Of a DNA stretch of 64,000 bases, positions 30,643-64,000 are shown in pieces. Made by a program: the position numbers and the translations under genes. The first letter of the stretch is position 1, and each line of letters opens with the position of its first letter. A model generated the notes under the pieces. The model saw only the letters and a program-made list of their open reading frames with translations. It had not been told where the DNA came from and made no database searches. Location of the stretch: assembly GCF_009914755.1 (NCBI RefSeq), contig NC_060925.1; one strand, given 5' to 3'. This stretch comes from the human T2T-CHM13v2.0 reference genome, Homo sapiens.

Positions 30643-35520
<4,878 letters not shown>

Positions 35521-35573
35521 ATGAGCTGGGCGTGGTGGAAGACGCCTGTAATCCCAGCTACTCGGGAGGACTA

Positions 35574-35956
<383 letters not shown>

Positions 35957-35975
35957 TGATCCACCCGCCTCAGCA

Positions 35976-38860
<2,885 letters not shown>

Positions 38861-38914
38861 ATTAATTTTTAAAAATTCACTTCTGTGAAAACTTGTTCAA
38901 GAGCAGGATTCATC

Positions 38915-40612
<1,698 letters not shown>

Positions 40613-42034
40613 AATCTCTCAGGTCCAGACTTCTTTCCTGAGGTTGACAGCACATCAACTGGATGTCTTGCTAGTGTCACCACTCAACAAGTCCAAAACT
40701 GACATCTCTGACATATCTGTGACTCCGTCCCCAGTGCCCTCACCCTAACCCAGGCTGCTATCATTTCTGCCATCCTGAAAAGAGAAACAAGGTCTTCAAT
40801 CTAGTCTCCGTACAGTAGCCACAAGCCTGTTCAGGACACTCCCCTGCCTAAATTCCTCCCGGGGCCTTCTCATTGCTCTTAGAATAAAAGGCACATTCTG
40901 TCTGGCGGCTTCCTGGGGGCTTCCTCACCCTGTCGCTCTCTTCCTCTCTTCTCTGTATTCCCACCCTCCTGGACTTGCCTCCTCACCTCCTCTCCGAGCC
41001 TCAGGGCCGTTGCACAAGCTGTTCCTTCTGCCTGGAACGCTCTCTCCTGCTGTCCCACTTTAGTTGGCTGATGACTGTTCAAATCTTAAATATCATGTTT
41101 TCCAGGAGACCTTCTTAAACCCCAGTGTTCTTTACCTACCCTAGCACAACAAACACCTCATTGTAACTGTTTATCTATTAAATGCGCCTCTGCCAAAATA
41201 TGAGTCAGAAGAACAGGAACATTTGTTGTGTTCTCCACTGTGTCCTTCCCTAGCCCAGTGCCTGGCATGCAGTAGGTGCTGTCTGTGTATAATACATAGC
41301 TGATGGAGAGAAATGCAAGACGTGGGAGCCAGAATTATCGCAGGAGTTGGGGAGACTAACAGGGAAGAAGCATTTTTCTGGTGCAGTGTGAGGCAGGCAG
41401 GGATGTTGCCAAACGTCCCGGAAGCTGGGCAGGAATCAGGCACTGAGGGCTTTGTATCCTGATAGGCTGGGATGCTTGTTCTTCCTCCTGTGGCATGGAA
41501 AACCACAGAAGGGTTTTCAGTCGGGAGGTAATATGACTGCAGGTGAAGCACCAGCCAGCCAGGGTGTGGCAGCAGGTGGGCAAGATTGGAGACAGGGAGC
41601 CAGTTAAGAAGCTGTGGCAGTAAAAAGTGCCTGGAAGGAAACACTGAGAACTGGGGGCTGAGCGCAGTGGCTCACACCTGTAATTCCAGCAATTTGGGAG
41701 GTTGAGGCGAGAGCATCGCTTGAGCCCAGGAGTTCGAGACCAGCCTGGGCAACATAGCTAATCCCTGTCTCTGCAAAAAAATCAGGAAATTAGCCCAGCA
41801 TCGTGGCACGCACCTGTAGTCCCAACTACGTAGGAGGCTGAGGTGGGAGGATCACTTGAACCACTTGAACCCAGGAGGTCGAGGCTGCAGTGAGCCAAGA
41901 TCTTGCCACTACACTCCAGCCTGGGGGACAGAGCAAGACCCTTCTCAACAGAAAAAGGGGGGAAAAAAGAGAAACACTCCAATTCCCCACTTAAAGCTAC
42001 TGGAAAATAACCTGGAAGATATATCTGGACAGTG

Positions 42035-42214
42035 CTGCTGGATTGCAAACATCAAAACACAGGTCCCTGTTATAAAGGAGGATTTCAGAAAACCAATAAA
42101 TAATTTTTTAGTATGTCCCAAATATGGCATTGGACATACTTACATTAAACAATTATTTATTGTTTACCTGAAATTCACCTTGCATTGGGCATTCTGTATT
42201 TTATCTGGCAACTA
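42035..42214. mobile_element. MER53 palindromic MITE
   Basis: tagtatgtcccaaatat..ggacatactta..gtttacctgaaattca..ctgtattttatctggcaac matches the recalled MER53 consensus; internal inverted repeat visible. Confidence 0.85.
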
Positions 42215-42279
42215 TACCCACTGACTTTTCTTCTTCTGACTATACTGCTAGACTCTTCCCCAAATTTTATCTTGAATGA

Positions 42280-44142
<1,863 letters not shown>

Positions 44143-45176
44143 AAAAGTCCCTCAACTTTCTGTTTTAAAAATTGCCACCAGACTTTTCTGCAATGTCACC
44201 TGAAGGGTTCCTGGTCTCACACAATGCCCACCCCTAAAACACAGCAGCCTAGGCCACCACGTTCTGCCAGGCGAGGTGTGTGGTAGGAAGAGGGCAGGCA
44301 GCTCTGGCCTCAGGCACAAAGGGCTGAGTCCTGGGTCCTGGGGACAGGCACTGGCAATTGAATCTGGACACTGAGCACTGGGTCCTAACACAAGAAATCA
44401 TTTCCTGGCTCAGGGCAGTGATCTCTGGGTCCTAAAAACTAGGACCAGAGCAGAGACCATAGGTCCCTTATCTCTGGGCGGAGGGTGCTGGGCTAAGTGG
44501 CAGTCACCCAAGGCAGGGCCAGGGGTAAGGAGATGCCCAGCCCCCAGTTGTTTTGTAACAGCTGCTGGACTGGGCTGGAGGGGAAATTTAAGGAACCAGG
44601 GGGTGAGGTAAGGAGGAAGAGGTCAGTGGGCAGGGCAAGGCCACTCGGGCATGCTGGATTGGTCCCAGGCCCTGGAGGGCGAGAGAAAGACAGTGGCTGG
44701 ATCTCTAGGGCTCTCATTGGCAGACACTGGGGCCCCAGGAACTAGGGCAAGAAGAGTGGTGAGGATAGCAGGGAGTGTGTGCTACCCCCTACCCCCAACC
44801 CCCCTCTTTGTACCCTCCCCCCTTTGTCAACCTCCTGGCTCCGCTCCCAGGCCGAGGCAGCTGGAGTGATTAGTGTGGGTGAAGGAGTACAAATGCCAAA
44901 GGCTTGTCTCACGTCTCAGAACACAGGGATCCAGCCAGAGTGGATGGCACAACTGAGTGAGAAATGGAGACCGAGAGATAAACAGAAATAAACAGGGACA
45001 ACACCAAAGAGATAGAGGAGAGAAGCAGGGCGGGAGACAAAAGAAGAGACCAAAGGCCCACACAGAGCAAGGGGGTTGTGGGGAGGGAGGGTTCAGTAGC
45101 TACAGGGCAGGCTGACCTTTTCCTGTCTCTTCTCTGACCCCGTCCTGTCTGAGTTCCCCTCCGCTGTGTCCCTATC

Positions 45177-45415
45177 CCAGGCTTTCTCAACCTCAGCACT
45201 GTTGACATTTGGGGCAGGATAATCTTGGATGGTGGGGGTGGGTGGGTGGGTGGGGGGTGTTCTGTGCCCTGTAGGATGTTTAGCAGCCTCCTTGGCCCTT
45301 ATCCACCACATGCCATTGGCACTCCCCCAACTCCTCTGCTCTTGTGACAATCCAAACTGCCTCCAGATATTGCCGGATGTTTCCTGGGAAGGGATTGCTC
45401 CTGACTGAGAACTGT
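45177..45415 (+). mobile_element. MER20 DNA transposon
   Basis: tttctcaacctcagcactgttgacatttgggg..tgtaggatgtttagcagc..ctccagatattgcc. Confidence 0.85.
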
Positions 45416-45870
45416 CCCCAGGTAGGTTCATGTTCTTGAGAAGAGGCTACCCCAGGGTGTCTGGCTGGTTCTCCCTTCGGCCCGTGTGCACAGGGCCCCC
45501 TGGCTCTAGCATGGCTTAAGTTGCCCTAAGTCAGAAGCCGGGGAAACTAGGAGAGCCACTGAGACTGAAGAGCAGTCTAGGTACAGCAGTAACGAAGTCC
45601 CTGCCCTCATGGAGCTTCTGTTCTTATTCCACCCAAAAGGCATCCCAGGTGTGTTTTGGGATGTGCTAGGGGTGTTTCATGAGTGGGTGTGCACTCTCGT
45701 CTCTAAGGGAGGAAGAAGAGATGGGCCCCCAAGTATGTCTGGACAAGATACAGGTAACAAATATGCATTTTATTCCATGATGCTTAGATGTAAGAAATGT
45801 CCCATTTATCCAGGCATGGTGGCTCACACCTGTAATCCCAGCACTTTGGGAGGCTGAAGCGGGCGGATCA

Positions 45871-46127
<257 letters not shown>

Positions 46128-46214
46128 CTAAACCAGATGATCTGCTCCAAAAACCCCCTGCCAGGCTGGCTGGTGAGAAATTCAATCACAGTCATGTTTT
46201 GGGAATCTCTACCC

Positions 46215-47952
<1,738 letters not shown>

Positions 47953-48600
47953 TTGCCCCCACCCCTTTGAAGCCCTGAGTATAATTCCTGGGGAGTTATC
48001 CAGTCTTGAATATTTAGAGAAAGACTCGCTGGTCTTCAGTCAATTCTATCCTTTTGGATCGGTTTGGCTTAGCCATAGAGGCCTGTTGCTGTGACTCCCA
48101 AGACCACTTCGTGCTCCCACATCCGTCCCCTCCCCACAAACAGCAACTTTGTGCCTAGCAGAGGTCCTGGGAGATCTGAATGGGAGTGGTGCAAAGTTGC
48201 TATTATTCAAGAAAAGACAACAGCAGCATCAAAGACACCCAGACCCATGTTCACTTTCTCTGGCTTGGGAAGACTCATCAAGGCTTCCTGATGGGTCCCG
48301 CTTCCGCCCCTCCCAAGCTGGGAGCCTTGTGCTGTGGAGTAACCCAGCATAGTAACCGGCTCCTGGAGCTGGGCCTTGGTAAACAAGAGCCCTGGCTGGG
48401 GGATGTCTTTTGGTGCCTGGCAACCTCTGCTTTTGGCCTGGCAATCCCAAAGCCTGTAACAACCGCAGTCCCCACCCCAGGCAGGAAGGAGTAAACACTC
48501 GCAGCAAGGAGACCAAAATGCAAATTACAACCTCAAGACGTTTCTCTGCTGCATTGACAGACCAGGCTAGTAGCAACAACCACCTGAGGCTCTGAACTAA

Positions 48601-48796
<196 letters not shown>

Positions 48797-49542
48797 TAGC
48801 TGGGACTACAGGCACCCACTACTATGCCCGGCTAATTTTTGTAATTTTAATAGAGACTGGGTTTCGCCATGTTGGCCCGGCTAGTCTTGAACTCCGGACC
48901 TCAGGTGAGCCACCCGCCTCAGCCTACCAAAGTGCTGGGATTATAGGCATGAGCCACCGCAGCCAGCCAAGAAAGACTTCTTAGCCTACCTGGAAGGAGA
49001 CTAAACACAGGCACTGTGAGGGTAAGTCGGCTCCCCTCCAGGCTGCCCATGTGAGCACCCAAAGCTGACAGCCTCCCCCACGCTCTCTGAGCTTCCTCTC
49101 ATAGTTCCCACTGCCTCAGGATGAAGTCCTGTTAATGGCTGAGTGCCTGGACCTTCCCTGTAAGGTAAGAGTTGTCATATGGATGAGAAAACTAAGGCTC
49201 AGAGAGGATAAGTCACTTGCCTGAAGGCACACAGCTAAAGCAGTAGTCAAGGGTGGGAATGTGAAGTCAGATCTGGCATCAAAATCTGTGTGCTTTTCCG
49301 GCTGTTTGACCTCACCTCTCATCTCCATCTCACCCCAATCTACCTTTTGCAGCCTCCCCCACCACTATCTCCATCACCCCTCTGCCCCCCGGTGTAAAGA
49401 AGGTGGGGGAAGGAAAGCACGAATTTATTGAGGAACTGCAAAACAACAGAATTATGTTAGTTATTACTGAATAAACCATAGTAATATTCTCTTTTTATTG
49501 TGTAGTTTTCTTTTTGGCATGTCCATGTAACCAACATAATAA

Positions 49543-49761
<219 letters not shown>

Positions 49762-49826
49762 TGAACTCCTGAGTGCAAGTGATCTGCCTGCCTTGGCCTC
49801 CCAAAATGCTGGGATTACAGACGTGA

Positions 49827-50157
<331 letters not shown>

Positions 50158-50201
50158 TAAAGCTTAGTGTTACTGAACTTTTCCTCTCTAAGCAAGATGA
50201 A

Positions 50202-50424
50202 GAGTTTCTCAACCTTGGCACTACTGCTATTTTGAGCAGGATTATTCTTCGTTGTGAGGGATTTGTCTTGCGCATTGTAGGATGTCTAGCAGCATCCCTG
50301 GCCTCAATACCCAGTAGATGTCAGCAGTACTCCCCCATGCTCGGGGTTGTGACAACCACAAATGTCTCCAGACATTGCCAAATATCCTCTGGCGGATAGA
50401 ATTGTCCCTGGTTGGGAAACACTG
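50202..50424 (+). mobile_element. MER20 DNA transposon
   Basis: tttctcaaccttggcactactg..gttgtgacaaccacaaatgtctccagacattgccaaat. Confidence 0.9.
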
Positions 50425-51042
50425 AATTAGACCAGATAATAAAGTGCCTGTTTCAACAAAGCAGGTCTTAGGAGTAAATAAAACGTGCCAGCAAGTAGCT
50501 TGGAGGAGATAGATCAGTGAGGTCCAGGCTCTTGCTTCTGATGCAAGAGGGGCTGGGGAAGCAGCTTCTAAAATCTGAATCCTAGTCCTCAGCAGGGCCT
50601 GGATGGATCCTCTGAGGACTGACCTTTGACTTTCCTGGGAATAACTGGCTTTGCAGGGGCCTACCACTATCCAATTTAATTCTGAGAGGAGTCAGTGATG
50701 TTACATTCACTGCCACCCCAAAGGGGACATCCCAACTGCAAAAGGAACTTGCTTGGAGTCAAGCGTGGAAAAAGAGTGGCAACAGTTAGTGGGTGCCACA
50801 TCCTGCTTTTCCACAGGTGGAGGTAGAGAGGGAAGTGGGAGGGGCTGCAAGTATCTTCTAGAACAGTGCTACTCAAAACAAAGTGTGGTCCATACACTGG
50901 TTTTTTTCTGGTCCCCAGTGAATTGAGAGTGTTTAAAAACTTCTTTTTGGCCGGGCGCAGTGGCTCACGCCTGTAATCCCAGCACTTTGGGAGGCCGAGG
51001 CAGGAGGATCACAAGGTCAGAAGATCGAGACCATCCTGGCTA

Positions 51043-51300
<258 letters not shown>

Positions 51301-51444
51301 CTAGCACTTTGGGAGGCCGAGGTGGGCAGATTGCCTGAGGTCAGAAGTTCGAGACCAGTCTGGCCAACATGGTGAATCCCTGTCTCTACTAAAAATACAA
51401 AACAATTAGCTGGATGTGGTGTCGTGCGCCTGTAATCCCGGCTA

Positions 51445-51692
<248 letters not shown>

Positions 51693-51733
51693 TAAAGTGT
51701 CAGCTTTGGAAACAAAAAGATGGGAGCCTTTGG

Positions 51734-52552
51734 CAGTGGTTCCCAAATTTATCTGTGCACTGGAATCACCTGAATCAACTTCAAAAAAATAGTGATGCCT
51801 GTGATCCATCCAGAGACTGTGATTTGCTTAGTTTGAGATGTGGTCTAAGTGTTGGAATTTTAAAAACATCTTGAGATGGGCCAGGTGTGGTGGTTCATGA
51901 TGTAATCCTGGCACTCTGGGGGGCCGAGGAGGGAGGATTGCTTGAGCCCAGGAGTTTGAAACCAGCCTGGGCAACAAAGTGAGACCCTCTCTCCACATAA
52001 AAAAAAATTAAAAACCCGGGCATAGTGGTACGCTCCTGTAATCCCAACACATTGGGAGGCCAAAGCAGGAGGATCACTTGAGCCCAGGATTGAGCCCAGG
52101 GGTTCGAGACCAGCCTGGAAAGCATAGAGAGACTCTGTCACTATTAAAAAAAAAAAAAATTAACTGTGCCTGGTGGCACGCGCCTGTGTTCCCAGCTACT
52201 AGGCAGGCTGAGGTGGGAAGATTGCTTGAACCTAAGAGGTCAAGGCTGCAGTCAGTTGTGATCACACCACTGTACTCCAGCCTGGGAGACAGAGTGAGTC
52301 CAGGTCTCAAAAAGAAAAAAAAAAAAATCAAAAAATTAGCAGAGCTTTGTGGTGCATGCCTGTAGTCCCAGCTACTTGGGAGGCTAAGGTGGGAGGATCA
52401 CTTGGGCCCAGGAAGTGGCGGCTGCAGTGAGCCATATTCGTACCACTTCATTAAAGCTGGGGCAACAGAGCCAGACCCTGTCTCAAAACAAACAACAAAA
52501 AAGCAAACATCCTGAGATTACTCCAATATCAAAACAAGCTTAGTAACCGCTA
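51734..52552 (+). mobile_element. MER5-type DNA transposon split by Alu elements
   Basis: cagtggttcccaaa..ctggaatcacctg; aaacatc(t/c)tgagat duplicated on both sides of the Alu block. Confidence 0.65.
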
Positions 52553-52894
52553 GACTAGGGTATTCCTGAGGGTGGATACCCACTGACTGGTGAGGGAGTA
52601 ACCATTTTCTGCTCAAGCTCAGCAATGAGGGGCTGCTTCTTGCCAATGATCAGTAGCAAACAAGCCACTGTTCCCCTGACTAGAGTGTTTGGTTTGCTTC
52701 TGGAAAGCAGAGATGGAGGTGACGCCCCCTTGGTCAGTCTGAGCAATGGCAAAGTTAACTGCTCCTCTCTTCCATAGGTGGCCCTTCAAGCATAGAGGGT
52801 CAGACAATGCTGCCGGTTCCAGTCTCTACTGATTTCCCTTTCCAGCTTCCTTTCTGTCCTGAGAGCCTCTTGTACACAAGAGATAGCTCTAACA

Positions 52895-53763
<869 letters not shown>

Positions 53764-54493
53764 TAGGTCAGCAGAGGGATACCATGTGCAGAAATTACAA
53801 CAATGCAAGGCAGAGTCTGACAAACGCAGTTGGTGTTGGAGTACTCCTAAAAGAAGCAGATTCTGAACTGATGAGATAGGCCTTTGATAGGTGGGGCTGC
53901 TGGGGAGGAAGGGCATGAGCAGGAATGAGGAAGCAGGAAGTCCAGAGTATGGTCAAGACAAGAACACATGACTGGAACACTGTGTATGAAGAAGCTAAGG
54001 CTGGTACGACATGGAGGCCAGATGCTAGAGGTTTAGAGCTTGTCTTTCATTCTGATGGCAATGGAGGGCCTTGGAAGGTGATGGTGAAGCTGGTGAGATC
54101 ATCAGAGGTTATACCATGCAGGGCCTTGTAGATTACACTGAGGGTTTAGGGTTTGATCCTGAGGGCACTGGAGACAGGGGTTGATAGGATCAGAGTTGTA
54201 CTTGAGGAACAACCCTCTGACTACCTTTTGTAGGATGCCTCTCTGCTTGGATGGAGAGAGAGGCCTGGGAGATCTTATCATAGCCAACACTTCATATTCC
54301 TAACTTTGGCCCAGGCACTGTTCTAAGACATGTTCTGTTCTTTGAGACATGTAAAGGCCTAAAACAGGATGGTAGAAGATTCAGTAGATGTTCTGGGGGC
54401 AGAATACAGTGGATGTTGTGACTGATGTAATATGGCAGATAAGATAGAAGGAGGAAGCCAAGATTCCTCTGAGATTTTGAAGCTGGGTGATCA

Positions 54494-55013
<520 letters not shown>

Positions 55014-55481
55014 CTACTGCTGTCAATTCCGTGCTTAGCCAACTGCTGGGTTCTAGGAAGACAAAGAACAAACTAGTTGTTGCCTTTCAGGAGTTGGCTC
55101 TCCGTAGGTGGCACAGATGGGTGATTTCAACACATTGTGATGAGTGTGGTGAGACCTGTATAAGCAGCATGGGCTAGGGAGGTAGTACCTAGCTGCTCAA
55201 GCCAGAAACCTGGGGGTCGACTTTGACTCCTGCCCTTTCTCAGCCAGCCAGTCACCAAGACCAGTAGATATGATCTCCTAAATGTCCTCTGTTTTTTGAA
55301 TCTTCCCACTTTTCTTCATCCCCACTGAGAATACACTAGACCATGCCATTGTCTCGTCTCATCTGGAATACTGTGATATAACTTCCTCACTGGTCTCCCC
55401 ACTTTCACTCTGGTTTGCCCTAATCCGTTCTCACACTGTACCATAGTAATCCTTTAAAAAAGGAAATGTGGGCCAGGCTCA

Positions 55482-55904
<423 letters not shown>

Positions 55905-55927
55905 TGAGATAGAGACCATCCTGGCTA

Positions 55928-56164
<237 letters not shown>

Positions 56165-56464
56165 TCAATAAAATCCAATCTCCTCAATCTGGACTGTCAG
56201 ACCCAGTGGGATCCGGCTCCTTAGGACCTCATTGACATTATTGTGCTTCTCCTCCTATTACACTCCAGAGTCAATGGCAGACCTAACAACATTTAGGATG
56301 TGCCACGTTCCTTCAGGCCACAGCGCTTTTCCCTGTGTTTTTCCTTCTGTCTGGAATGCTCTTCCCCAATTCTTGGCCTGGCTAACTATATCGTTTATGG
56401 GTCATTCCCTTAAGGAAGCATCTCCTAAACTTCTAGCCTAGAACAGGACCTCCGGATTCTATAC

Positions 56465-57772
<1,308 letters not shown>

Positions 57773-58380
57773 GTTCTGTGCTATCATAGCATATACCATA
57801 TACTCTTCCTGCATTGCACTCATCCATTAGTAATTAATTATGCATGTGATAGACTTCTTAATGCTACCTCCCCAGTTGGAGGTAAGCTCTGTGAGGGAAG
57901 GGACCACATCTGTTTTGTTTACTCTTTTTTTTCCTGATCATCATAGTACAGGGCCTGACCCATGGTATGTGCCCACCAAATGAATGAAGTGATACAGTTT
58001 TCTCTGCTTTGAGAGGAACTCAAAGCCTCATGGAGAATGCAGACATACAAACAATTAACTACACACTTAACTAGGTAATGCTGTACTGGAGGGAAGAAGA
58101 GTTCGGTTTCTGGCAGGGTGGATTTGAGATACCAGTGGGAAATCAGGGTATGGTGGCTCCTATATATCTGGAACTAAGTGAGTTGACTCTAAGATGTAGA
58201 TAAGGGAATAAGATGCTTAAAAGAGATGTAAAGCTACCTGAGTATGCCAGGTCACTCAAGGAGAGAGGTCACTCAGGGAGAGAGGCTGAATGAGGAGAGG
58301 AGAGGGCAGAGACTGGAACCTTGGGGTAAGTTTCTGGGCCAGGGAAGGGGCAGCGGTTGGTAGAAAGGTTGGAAGAGATC

Positions 58381-63596
<5,216 letters not shown>

Positions 63597-63730
63597 TATG
63601 CCTGTATTTCTTAAAAGGGGAGCCAAAATTATGTATTTTGGTATCCATCTAGTTTACTACCGTGTTCCCAGTATTTTACACTGGGCATTGTATACAGTAG
63701 ACACCCAGAAAATCTTTGAATTTAAAATTA

Positions 63731-64000
<270 letters not shown>

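Noticed and set aside
52721-52737. AGGGGGCG CTCF-like half site on the minus strand
   Set aside because: The 5' half does not match the core consensus

Overview
Human (primate) genomic DNA, not microbial. About 1-21.7 kb holds most of the + strand gene MAP7D1: part of intron 1, then coding exons 2-17 (2,480 nt, reassembled by hand with GT-AG junctions and consistent phases), the stop codon at 21131-21133, the 3' UTR and poly(A) signals near 21.7 kb. Exon 1 and the promoter lie upstream of the window; exon numbers assume one upstream coding exon. The remaining ~42 kb is gene-free and very Alu-dense. It contains L2/MIR/L1 relics, two ERV1 solo LTRs (LTR12 and MER61-like) each inserted inside an Alu, several DNA-transposon relics, and a Tigger1 with both ends present but broken up by Alus. 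From memory of this locus (1p34.3), THRAP3 should start just beyond the right edge; that cannot be verified here. I see no convincing new gene or new multi-gene system. The best leads are in MAP7D1: a 96-nt in-frame exitron, three consecutive terminal introns that are 3n and stop-free, tandem NAG acceptors, a candidate RBFOX-controlled cassette exon, and two compact enhancer-like motif clusters (muscle-type in intron 6, endothelial-type in intron 1). Repeat family names come from recalled consensus sequences, and repeat boundaries are approximate unless a target-site duplication (TSD) is cited.
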